Below the pieces are notes generated by a model. It was not told the DNA's origin. It made no database searches and saw nothing but the letters and a program-made list of their open reading frames with translations. Shown here piece by piece: positions 10,360 through 18,798 of a stretch of 62,213 nucleotides of DNA. A program made the translations under genes and the position numbers. Source of the DNA: Alphaproteobacteria bacterium (GTDB lineage: Bacteria; Pseudomonadota; Alphaproteobacteria; GCA-002720895); contig JAKUPP010000002.1 of the NCBI GenBank assembly GCA_022450705.1, positions 1 to 62,213 of the forward strand, written 5' to 3'. How positions within the stretch are numbered: the stretch's first letter is position 1; each line of letters starts with the position of its first letter.

Positions 10360-10369
10360 TTTTATATTT

Positions 10370-10579
10370 TTAATTTAAGAATTTAATTAAGAATACTAAA
10401 GCGAATATTAAAATAATTATACCTTGTGTTATAACTCTAATTCTCATTAATTTGTTTGAATATTTTTTATTAAAATCACCTTTTAATAGCATTGATACTA
10501 AGCCTATAACCAGGACAACAAAAACTAAAACAAGTCCAATAATTATTAATATTGGTGCGATTTTTGTAAAAAATTCCAT
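10370..10579 (-). CDS. Twin transmembrane helix small protein (HIG1-domain family)
   Basis: 69 aa, two TM helices joined by a KGDFNKKYSNKLMRIRV loop, as in HIG_1_N family proteins. Confidence 0.6.
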   Translation of the reverse strand: MEFFTKIAPILIIIGLVLVFVVLVIGLVSMLLKGDFNKKYSNKLMRIRVITQGIIILIFALVFLIKFLN

Positions 10580-10588
10580 TAATTAAAA

Positions 10589-12262
10589 TTAACTTAACAA
10601 GCCTTTAGCAATTACATGGGCTTGAATTTCAGCTGTTCCTTCAAAAATATTTAAAACTCTTGCATCGCATAGGACACGACTGATGGGGTATTCTAATGCA
10701 TAACCATTTCCACCATGTATTTGTACAGCGTTATCAGCATTTGACCAGGCTACTCTTGCAGCTAATAATTTTCCCATTCCAGCTTCTATATCACATCTTT
10801 TATCCAAATCTTTTTCTCTTGCTGAGAAATATGTAATCTGTCTAGCAATCATAGTTTCAACTGCCATCCAAGCCAATTTATTAGCCACTCTAGGAAAGTC
10901 AAAAATTTTCTTTCCAAATTGTTCTCTTTCTTGTGAATATTGTAAACCAATATCTAAAGCACTTTGAGCAATTCCAACAGCTCTTGCAGCAGTTTGAATT
11001 CTAGCAGATTCAAATGTTTCCATTAATTGTTTAAAACCTTTTCCTTCTTCAGTGCCTAAAAGATTTTCTGCTTTTACTTCAAAATTATCAAAAGCAATTT
11101 CATATTCTTTCATACCTCTATATCCTAATACTTCAATTTCTCCTCCAGTCATTCCTTTAGTTGGAAATGGATCTTTGTCTGTTCCCCTATCTTTTTCTGC
11201 TAGTATAATACTCAAACCTTTATATCCTTTTTCATCAGAATTTGTTCTTACCATCATTGTCATTAAATCTGTACGAGCACCATGAGTAATCCAAGTTTTA
11301 TTTCCTGTGATTTTATAAATCCCACCATCTTTTATTGCTCTAGTTTTTAAACTTCCAAGATCCGATCCTGTATTAGGTTCACTAAAAACTGCCGTTGGTA
11401 AAATTTCTCCAGATGATATTTTTGGTAACCATTTCTTTTTTTGTTCTTCTGTGCCTCCAAGTTTAATTAATTCTGCAGCTATTTCGGCTCTCGTTCCTAT
11501 TGAACCAATACCTATATATCCGCGACTTAATTCTTCTGTAACTACACACATAGCAATTTTTTTCATTCCAAGACCTCCGTACGATTCCGGAATTGTTAAC
11601 CCAAAAACACCTAATTCAGCCATTTGTTTTATTATTTCGAGGGGAATTAATTCATCTTTTAAATGCCATTCATGAGCATTTGGAATAACTTGTTCTTCAG
11701 AAAATTTTTTAAATTGATCTTGTATCATTACTAAAGTTTCATCTTCAAGACCAATATTTCCATAATTTTTATCTGAGATTAATTTAGCAATTCGGATTTT
11801 TACATCATTTGTATTTCCATTTTTAATTAAATCCTTGACATCATCAGTTAAAAAAGAATTTAATTCTTGATCTGTTAAGCCAAAATCATGGGCTCTTATA
11901 ATTTCTGTTTGCCACATTGGTATTCCCCCAATTACTTGCGATAAATATTCGCCAAAGGAGGATTGTAAAATTAATTTTTCCGTTTCATGAATCTTTTTGT
12001 TTTCATTTAATTTTTTTGCCCAATTAAGCATTTCTCTCAATGCTATGTTATATGTTTTTAACCAAGCAAAACCATGACAAATAAATTGTTCTTTTTCTAA
12101 AAGATTTATATCTAAAGATCCATTTTGAAAAACCTTTTCTTTTACATGCTTTTCTGCTTTGTTAACTAACTCATTGAGGGCATTGCTTGAATTCTCGCAT
12201 TTAGTAATAAGATTTTCCAATAGACTATTAGTTTTTTTTATATCTACTGCCGCGTCAGTCAT
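10589..12262 (-). CDS. mcd: Acyl-CoA dehydrogenase with long N-terminal extension, probable (2S)-methylsuccinyl-CoA dehydrogenase
   Basis: C-terminal ACAD fold (IHGGNGYALEYP, FEGTAEIQ) preceded by an extra domain of about 170 aa. 13 nt downstream of ccr on the same strand. Confidence 0.7.
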   Translation of the reverse strand: MTDAAVDIKKTNSLLENLITKCENSSNALNELVNKAEKHVKEKVFQNGSLDINLLEKEQFICHGFAWLKTYNIALREMLNWAKKLNENKKIHETEKLILQSSFGEYLSQVIGGIPMWQTEIIRAHDFGLTDQELNSFLTDDVKDLIKNGNTNDVKIRIAKLISDKNYGNIGLEDETLVMIQDQFKKFSEEQVIPNAHEWHLKDELIPLEIIKQMAELGVFGLTIPESYGGLGMKKIAMCVVTEELSRGYIGIGSIGTRAEIAAELIKLGGTEEQKKKWLPKISSGEILPTAVFSEPNTGSDLGSLKTRAIKDGGIYKITGNKTWITHGARTDLMTMMVRTNSDEKGYKGLSIILAEKDRGTDKDPFPTKGMTGGEIEVLGYRGMKEYEIAFDNFEVKAENLLGTEEGKGFKQLMETFESARIQTAARAVGIAQSALDIGLQYSQEREQFGKKIFDFPRVANKLAWMAVETMIARQITYFSAREKDLDKRCDIEAGMGKLLAARVAWSNADNAVQIHGGNGYALEYPISRVLCDARVLNIFEGTAEIQAHVIAKGLLS

Positions 12263-12275
12263 ATTATATAATATA

Positions 12276-13508
12276 CTATTTTAAAGTCTTCATGCCAGGT
12301 TTCTTTGCTTGAACTAGTACGGCCATATTGCCAGGTTTATGTTCATTTCTTGCCATTTTCATATGTGCTTCTGGTATGTCTTTCCAACTTAGTACTTCGG
12401 ACATACAAGGATTTATATTTTTATTAATAATTAATTTATTTGCCTCTGAAGCTTGTTTTAAAGTTGCAAAATGACTTCCTTGTATTCTTTTTTGATGCAT
12501 CCATCCATAACGCGCATCAAATGTTAAATTATATCCACTTGTAGCTGCACAATAAACAACCATACCACCTCTTTTTACTACAAAACAAGAAACAGGAAAA
12601 GTTTGACCACCTGGATGTTCAAAGACACTATCTACTGCAATATACTTTCCCGTATATTCCCAAATTGCTTTTCCAAATTCTTTAACTTTTTCTATGTACT
12701 CCCCATATGCTTTTACATCATTTACATCTGGTAATTCACCCCAACAATCGAAATTTTTTCTATTGATAACACCTTTTGCTCCAATAGATTTTACATATTT
12801 TATTTTGTCATCGCTTGATACAACTCCTATTGCATTTGCACCAGCAAATTTAACTAATTGTGTTGCAAAAACACCCAAACCTCCAGTTGCTCCCCAAACT
12901 AATACATTTTGACCTGGCTTGAGAGAGTGAGGATCGTGGCCGTATAGCATTCTGTAAGCTGTTGCTAGACATAGAACATAGCAACCACTTTCTTCCCATG
13001 TAAGATGTTTAGGTCTATGCATTATTTGTTGTTGTTGGACTGAAGTAAATTGTGCAAATGATCCATCAGGAGTTTCATATCCCCAAATTCTTTGTGAATT
13101 TGATAGCATTGGATCACCTCCATTACATTCTTCATCATCTCCGTCATCTTGATTACAATGAATTACAACTTCATCTCCAACTTTCCACCTTTTTACTTTT
13201 GAACCAACTGCCCAAATAATTCCAGATGCATCAGATCCTGCAATATGAAATTCTGCTTTATGGTAATCAAATGGGGAAATAGGAACACCTCGAGAAGCCC
13301 AAACACCATTATAGTTAACACCTGCAGCCATAACCATAACAAGCACATCGTTTTCACCTACTTTTGGAGTGTCAACTACTTCTACTTTCATAGCAGCTGT
13401 AGGATCGCCATGTCTTTCTCTTCTAATTAGCCATCCGTACATTTGTTTAGGCACATGCCCTAATGGTGGAATTTCGCCTATTTCATATAATTCTTTTTTT
13501 TCGTTCAT
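12276..13508 (-). CDS. ccr: Crotonyl-CoA carboxylase/reductase
   Basis: 410-aa MDR-family enzyme. N-terminal ELYEIGEIPPLGHVPKQMYGWLIRRERHGDP and VMAAGVNYNGVWA blocks are typical of Ccr. Divergent from ecm. Confidence 0.85.
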   Translation of the reverse strand: MNEKKELYEIGEIPPLGHVPKQMYGWLIRRERHGDPTAAMKVEVVDTPKVGENDVLVMVMAAGVNYNGVWASRGVPISPFDYHKAEFHIAGSDASGIIWAVGSKVKRWKVGDEVVIHCNQDDGDDEECNGGDPMLSNSQRIWGYETPDGSFAQFTSVQQQQIMHRPKHLTWEESGCYVLCLATAYRMLYGHDPHSLKPGQNVLVWGATGGLGVFATQLVKFAGANAIGVVSSDDKIKYVKSIGAKGVINRKNFDCWGELPDVNDVKAYGEYIEKVKEFGKAIWEYTGKYIAVDSVFEHPGGQTFPVSCFVVKRGGMVVYCAATSGYNLTFDARYGWMHQKRIQGSHFATLKQASEANKLIINKNINPCMSEVLSWKDIPEAHMKMARNEHKPGNMAVLVQAKKPGMKTLK

Positions 13509-13600
13509 TTAGATATTTTTAATATAATAGATAATATAAAATCTAATAAATTTTTTTTTTATAACTATATATACTTTTTTTTTGTTATTAAAAACAAAAT

Positions 13601-15580
13601 ATGAATAAAAAAGATAAAAACAACAAAGATAACATATGGTTAATAAGAACCTATTCGGGACATTCTTCTGCAAAAGAATCAAATAAGCTTTATAAAACAA
13701 ACTTAAAAAAAGGGCAAACGGGATTATCAGTTGCTTTTGATCTTCCAACTCAAACAGGATATGACTCTGATCATATTTTGGCTCGAGGAGAAGTAGGTAA
13801 AGTAGGGGTGCCAGTTTGTCATGTTGGAGATATGTTAGAATTATTTAAAAACATTCCAATTGGGAAAATGAATACTTCAATGACAATAAACGCTACAGCT
13901 GCTTGGTTACTTTCATTGTACATTGCTGCTGCCGAAAAGAGAGGTTATAAAAGAAAAGATCTTCAAGGCACTACACAAAATGATGTTATTAAAGAATATC
14001 TATCTAGAGGGACATATATTTTTCCTCCTAAAGAAAGCATGAAAATAACTTCTGATATTATTTCATTTACATATAAAGAAATACCAAAATGGAATCCTAT
14101 TAACATTTGTTCTTATCATCTTCAAGAAGTGGGCGCGACCCCCGAACAAGAAATTTCTTATGCACTTTCAAATGCATGCGAGGTTTTAAACACTTTAAAA
14201 AAAAATGGTCAAATTCCAGAAAAAGACTTCCCTATAGTTGTAGGTAGAATTAGTTTTTTTGTTAATGCAGGAATTAGATTTATTACTGAAGTTTGTAAAA
14301 TGAGAGCAATGACTTCTTTGTGGCACGAGATATGTAGTAAAAAATTTAAAGTTAAAGATGAAAAATTTAAAAGGTTAAGATACGGAGTTCAAGTAAATTC
14401 CCTTGGCTTGACCGAACCTCAACCAGAAAATAATGTTTATAGAATACTATTGGAAATGCTATCAGTGGTTTTGTCAAAGGATTCAAGAGCAAGAGCAGTG
14501 CAACTACCAGCATGGAATGAAGCACTCGGACTACCAAGACCCTGGGATCAACAATGGAGTATTAGATTACAGCAAATAATTGCATACGAAACTGATCTAC
14601 TAGAATATCAAGATATTTTTAATGGATCTAAGGTTATTGATAATAAAGTGAAAAAATTAAAAGAAATAGTTAATAAAGAATTAAAAGTTATTGAAAAAAT
14701 GGGAGGAACCGTAGCAGCTGTAGAAAATAGTTATATGAAAAATAACTTAGTTAAATCTATGTCTAAAAGAGTTTCAGCTATTGAAAATGCGGAACAAATA
14801 GTTGTAGGAGTTAATAAATTTACAGATACTGCGGAATCTCCATTACGAAATGATAAAGAAGGTTTTATAAAAGTGGACCCTAGTGCAGAAAAAGAACAAA
14901 TTAGCAAGCTAATAAATTGGAGAAAAAAAAGAAACGAATCTAAATGTATTAAAGCATTAAAAAAATTGAAAGAAATAGCATCTCTTAACAAAAATATAAT
15001 GGATGCATCTATAGAATGTGCCCATGTAGGAGTTACAACAGGGGAGTGGACGGATACATTGAGAGAAATTTATGGGGAATATAGAGCCCCAACTGGTGTT
15101 GGAAAAACATCTAAAATAGATAAAAAAAATCATAAACAAATTAATGAAAGAATAAATAAAATATCTTTGAAACTAAAAAGAAGAGTAAAGTTATTAATTG
15201 GTAAGCCTGGTTTGGATGGACATTCAAGCGGTGCAGAACAAATATCAGTTGCGGCTAGAGATGTAGGCATGGAAGTTGTTTATCAAGGTATTAGACTTAC
15301 ACCAGAACAAATAGTTAATACTGCCATTGAAGAAAGTGTACATATGATAGCTTTATCAATACTTTCTGGTTCCCACTTATCTTTAACTCAAGAAATTATA
15401 AAATTATTAAAAAAAAATAAAATTTCAAATATTCCTCTTGTTGTTGGAGGTATAATTCCTCGTGAAGATGAAAAAAAAATGTTAAAACTTGGAGTATCAC
15501 GAATATATACTCCTAAAAATTATGATGTAAATTCAATTATGTCAGATTTTGCAAATATACTTGAGAAACATTATCTTTAA
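13601..15580 (+). CDS. ecm: Ethylmalonyl-CoA mutase (single-chain, adenosylcobalamin-dependent acyl-CoA mutase)
   Basis: IRTYSGHSS substrate-barrel motif (His where MCM has Phe), GLSVAFDLPTQTGYDSD block, and C-terminal B12-binding DxHxxG motif (LDGHSSG). 659 aa. Confidence 0.8.
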   Translation: MNKKDKNNKDNIWLIRTYSGHSSAKESNKLYKTNLKKGQTGLSVAFDLPTQTGYDSDHILARGEVGKVGVPVCHVGDMLELFKNIPIGKMNTSMTINATAAWLLSLYIAAAEKRGYKRKDLQGTTQNDVIKEYLSRGTYIFPPKESMKITSDIISFTYKEIPKWNPINICSYHLQEVGATPEQEISYALSNACEVLNTLKKNGQIPEKDFPIVVGRISFFVNAGIRFITEVCKMRAMTSLWHEICSKKFKVKDEKFKRLRYGVQVNSLGLTEPQPENNVYRILLEMLSVVLSKDSRARAVQLPAWNEALGLPRPWDQQWSIRLQQIIAYETDLLEYQDIFNGSKVIDNKVKKLKEIVNKELKVIEKMGGTVAAVENSYMKNNLVKSMSKRVSAIENAEQIVVGVNKFTDTAESPLRNDKEGFIKVDPSAEKEQISKLINWRKKRNESKCIKALKKLKEIASLNKNIMDASIECAHVGVTTGEWTDTLREIYGEYRAPTGVGKTSKIDKKNHKQINERINKISLKLKRRVKLLIGKPGLDGHSSGAEQISVAARDVGMEVVYQGIRLTPEQIVNTAIEESVHMIALSILSGSHLSLTQEIIKLLKKNKISNIPLVVGGIIPREDEKKMLKLGVSRIYTPKNYDVNSIMSDFANILEKHYL

Positions 15581-15595
15581 ATAATTTTTTTTTAA

Positions 15596-16462
15596 ATGTC
15601 TTTCATTCAAAGATTAAAAGATTGTAATACACATAAAGAATCAAATTTTTTTAAATTCTTTATCAACAATTATCACGTTGGTTTTATTAAAAAAAAAAAT
15701 TTAAATATAATCAATAAATTTCCAGAAATCTTTTCTATCAAAGCAAATAAAATTATTCTAAAAAAAGAATTTAACAATTTCAAAAAAAGAACCTACGCAA
15801 TAAATCGAGTTTTTAATTTTTTAGTAAATAAAAAAATAATTTCAGCTAAACACCGAGAACAATTTCCTGTATTTAAATCATTTAAGGACAAGCCTCTTTT
15901 AAAAGTTCAAAGATTAGCAGGCCCATTTTTTGGTTTTCAATTTTTTGGCGTGCACCTAAATGGTTTTTTAAAAAAAAATGATAAGTTTTTTATGTGGGTT
16001 GGAAGAAGATCAGCAAATGGCAATTTTCCAAAAGATTTAGATCAGATCGCAGCAGGAGGCTTGCCGTTTAATGTTACAATTAAAAATAATCTTATTAAAG
16101 AATCTTATGAGGAAGCAAATATTCATAAAAAATTAATATTAAAATCTAAATATTTAGGAACTGTTTCTTATAGAGTTGAAACTAATTTAGGTCTTAGCAG
16201 ACATATTTTATTTTGCTATAACTTAGAATTACCTAAAGACTTTACTCCTAAAAATAATGATGGTGAAATAACAAAATTCTATCTTTGGCCAATAGAAAAA
16301 ATACTAAAAATTATAAAAGAATCTAGGAAGTTTAAATTTGACTGTGCTTTAGTTATTCTTTTATTTGCACAAAATAAAAAAATAATACAAATCAATAAAA
16401 TCCTAAAAAAGTTAAACAACAAATCTGATTTAAGAATTTTAAAAAAAATTAAACAGAATTAA
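15596..16462 (+). CDS. NUDIX hydrolase family protein (DUF4743-type N-terminal domain)
   Basis: Degenerate Nudix box GGLPFNVTIKNNLIKESYEEANI in the C-terminal half. The 3' end is overlapped by uppP by 24 nt. Confidence 0.6.
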   Translation: MSFIQRLKDCNTHKESNFFKFFINNYHVGFIKKKNLNIINKFPEIFSIKANKIILKKEFNNFKKRTYAINRVFNFLVNKKIISAKHREQFPVFKSFKDKPLLKVQRLAGPFFGFQFFGVHLNGFLKKNDKFFMWVGRRSANGNFPKDLDQIAAGGLPFNVTIKNNLIKESYEEANIHKKLILKSKYLGTVSYRVETNLGLSRHILFCYNLELPKDFTPKNNDGEITKFYLWPIEKILKIIKESRKFKFDCALVILLFAQNKKIIQINKILKKLNNKSDLRILKKIKQN

Positions 16463-17248
16463 GAAAATAATTGCTACTACTATCCTATATATAACAAAAA
16501 TCTTAAAATTTATTTTTTTCAATAATTTAATAAAAAAAGAAATTGTAAAATAAGCAATTAAAAAACTTAAAAGAAATACTAGTAAAGTTTCAATCCAAAG
16601 AAAAAGAGAGTTTTGTTTTATAATATCAAAGAACATCATAAATGATGCGCCTAATATAGCTGGAATAGATAAATACATTGAATATTTTGCTGAAGAAATT
16701 CTATTGTATCCCAAAAACCGTGCTCCGGTAATACACAATCCTGCTCTGCTTGATCCAGGCACTAATGCAAATATTTGTAAAATACCTATAAAAAAAGAAT
16801 CTTTAAATGAAATATCAGTAATTTTTTTATTAGTCTTATTTTTATCTGAAAAAAAAAGAAGAAATGAAAAAAAAATTGCAGAGTAAGCAATTAAACTTGG
16901 GTTATATATATAATTTATATTTTGAAGTTTTAGAAATGCACCAAGTATGATAATTGGAATCGAACTGCAAACCAAATTTAAAAACAATTTAAAATTAAAA
17001 GTTTTTTTTTTTTTAAAAACTTCAAGTGGGCCAAAAATTAAATAATTTTTAAAGTCTTGCCAAAAGTAAATTGATACTGCAAATAAAGTTCCTAAATGCG
17101 CTGATATCATTAATGTTAAATTAATATCTTTCCAAGAAAATAATTCATTAACAAAAAAAATATGTCCAGACGAACTTATTGGTAAAAATTCAGTAATTCC
17201 TTGTACAACAGCCGTAATTATTATTTGAAATATATTGCCAACGTCCAT
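16439..17248 (-). CDS. uppP: Undecaprenyl-diphosphate phosphatase
   Basis: BacA/UppP motifs GITEFLPISSSGH and PGSSRAG. 8 TM helices. Confidence 0.9.
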   Translation of the reverse strand: MDVGNIFQIIITAVVQGITEFLPISSSGHIFFVNELFSWKDINLTLMISAHLGTLFAVSIYFWQDFKNYLIFGPLEVFKKKKTFNFKLFLNLVCSSIPIIILGAFLKLQNINYIYNPSLIAYSAIFFSFLLFFSDKNKTNKKITDISFKDSFFIGILQIFALVPGSSRAGLCITGARFLGYNRISSAKYSMYLSIPAILGASFMMFFDIIKQNSLFLWIETLLVFLLSFLIAYFTISFFIKLLKKINFKIFVIYRIVVAIIFLILFNFF

Positions 17249-17308
17249 AAAATTTAATTATAACTTTAATTTATCTTAATAATAGGTCAGTTATACTGAC
17301 TAAATATT

Positions 17309-17330
17309 CGTTGATTTACAACGGTTTTTT
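17309..17330 (+). promoter_or_regulatory. Inverted repeat CGTTG-N5-CAACG followed by GTTTTTT in the gltD leader (terminator-like hairpin or operator)
   Basis: Read directly from the sequence. It lies between the divergent uppP and gltD starts, with no upstream plus-strand gene to terminate. Confidence 0.25.
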
Positions 17331-17385
17331 CAAAAAAATCTTATTTTTACTACAATATTATAAAGGATTAGTTATATTTATATTT

Positions 17386-18798
17386 ATGACAACAAAACTT
17401 TTGCAATTTGTAAATATAAAAAAAGAAATGCCAAAAAAAAGAGGTAGTTCTTTAAGATTAAAAGATTTTAATGAAATATATAACGATTTTAACAAATTAG
17501 AAGGAAAGAAACAGGCAGGAAGATGTTCTCAGTGCGGCATACCATTTTGTCAGGTACATTGTCCATTACAGAACAATATACCTGATTGGTTAAAACTAGC
17601 TGCAGAAAACAGATTAGAAGAAGCATATGAAGTTTCCCATTCAACAAATAATTTTCCAGAAATCTGTGGAAGTATTTGCCCACAAGATCGTTTATGTGAA
17701 GGAAACTGTGTTATAGAAAAAGGTTTTGAATCAGTAACAATTGGCCGAGTTGAAAAACATATAACAGATACAGCTTGGAAAAAAGGATGGATAAAACCTT
17801 TAAATCCACCCAAAGAAATTGATAAATCAATTGGAATTATAGGATCTGGACCTGCAGGATTAGCTGCAGCAGAGGAATTAAGAAAAAAGGGATATAAAAT
17901 TGAAGTATATGATAGATATGACCGTCCAGGAGGATTGTTGATTTATGGCATACCTAATTTTAAACTTGAAAAATATGCAGTAGAAAGAAGAACTCAGATT
18001 CTAAAAAAAGGCGGAATTGTTTTTCATAATAATTTTGAAGTAGGGAATACAAAATCATTTGATTTTTTAAGGAAAAAACATAATGCAATATTAATCGCAA
18101 CTGGAGTTTATAAAGCAAGAGAATTAGATTTTTCAGAAGAAAATTTAACAGGAGTTGTGCCAGCTCTAGATTTTTTAATAACAAGTAATAAAAAAGGACT
18201 GGGAGATAATGTTCCCGAGTTTGATAACGGAGAATTAAATTCCACTGATAAAAATGTAGTTGTTATAGGTGGTGGAGATACTGCTATGGATTGTGTAAGA
18301 ACCGCAGTTAGACAAAATGCAAAAAGTGTTACATGTTTGTATAGAAGAAATAGAGAAAATATGCCTGGTTCAATGAGAGAAGTTTTCCATGCAGAAGAAG
18401 AAGGTATACATTTTTCATGGCTATCAGTTCCAACAAAATTCAGAGGAGTAAACGGCCATGTTAATATTGATGTAGCTAAAGTTGCTTTAGGAGAATCTGA
18501 TGCTTCTGGACGGATGATTCCAAAAACTTTATTAAATAAAACACATACTTTAAAAGCCGATTTAATAATAAAAGCATTAGGATTTAATCCAGAAAATATT
18601 CCAAAAATGTTTGATGAACCAAAATTAAAAGTTACGAATTGGGGAACCTTAAAAATTGATCATAATACTATGATGACTAGCGAACCAGGTGTTTTTGCAG
18701 CAGGGGATATTGTCAGAGGAGCATCTTTAGTTGTATGGGCTATTAAAGATGGAAGAGATGCAGCGGAATCTATACATAAATATTTAATTAAATGTTAG
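17386..18798 (+). CDS. gltD: Glutamate synthase (NADPH) small subunit
   Basis: From the ATG at 17386, MTTKLLQFVNIKKEMPKKR aligns with the E. coli GltD N-terminus. Fe-S cysteines CSQCGIPFC and CPQDRLCEGNC, GSGPAGL and GGGDTAMDC dinucleotide motifs. Confidence 0.93.
   Translation: MTTKLLQFVNIKKEMPKKRGSSLRLKDFNEIYNDFNKLEGKKQAGRCSQCGIPFCQVHCPLQNNIPDWLKLAAENRLEEAYEVSHSTNNFPEICGSICPQDRLCEGNCVIEKGFESVTIGRVEKHITDTAWKKGWIKPLNPPKEIDKSIGIIGSGPAGLAAAEELRKKGYKIEVYDRYDRPGGLLIYGIPNFKLEKYAVERRTQILKKGGIVFHNNFEVGNTKSFDFLRKKHNAILIATGVYKARELDFSEENLTGVVPALDFLITSNKKGLGDNVPEFDNGELNSTDKNVVVIGGGDTAMDCVRTAVRQNAKSVTCLYRRNRENMPGSMREVFHAEEEGIHFSWLSVPTKFRGVNGHVNIDVAKVALGESDASGRMIPKTLLNKTHTLKADLIIKALGFNPENIPKMFDEPKLKVTNWGTLKIDHNTMMTSEPGVFAAGDIVRGASLVVWAIKDGRDAAESIHKYLIKC

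Noticed and set aside
13509-13600. Possible cobalamin riboswitch upstream of ecm
   Set aside because: The 92-nt spacer is almost pure A/T and is too short and unstructured for a B12 element. No B12-box-like sequence was seen.
13509-13748. 79-aa minus-strand ORF spanning the ccr-ecm spacer and the start of ecm
   Set aside because: It has low-complexity F/Y/I/K/L composition derived from A/T-only promoter DNA, and it overlaps the well-supported ecm N-terminus. There is no start context or recognisable motif.
17311-17385. TTG-initiated 25-codon N-terminal extension of gltD given in the ORF track
   Set aside because: The extension is hydrophobic, low-complexity and unlike any GltD. From the ATG at 17386 the protein aligns with the E. 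coli GltD N-terminus. The extension region also contains the inverted repeats of the leader.
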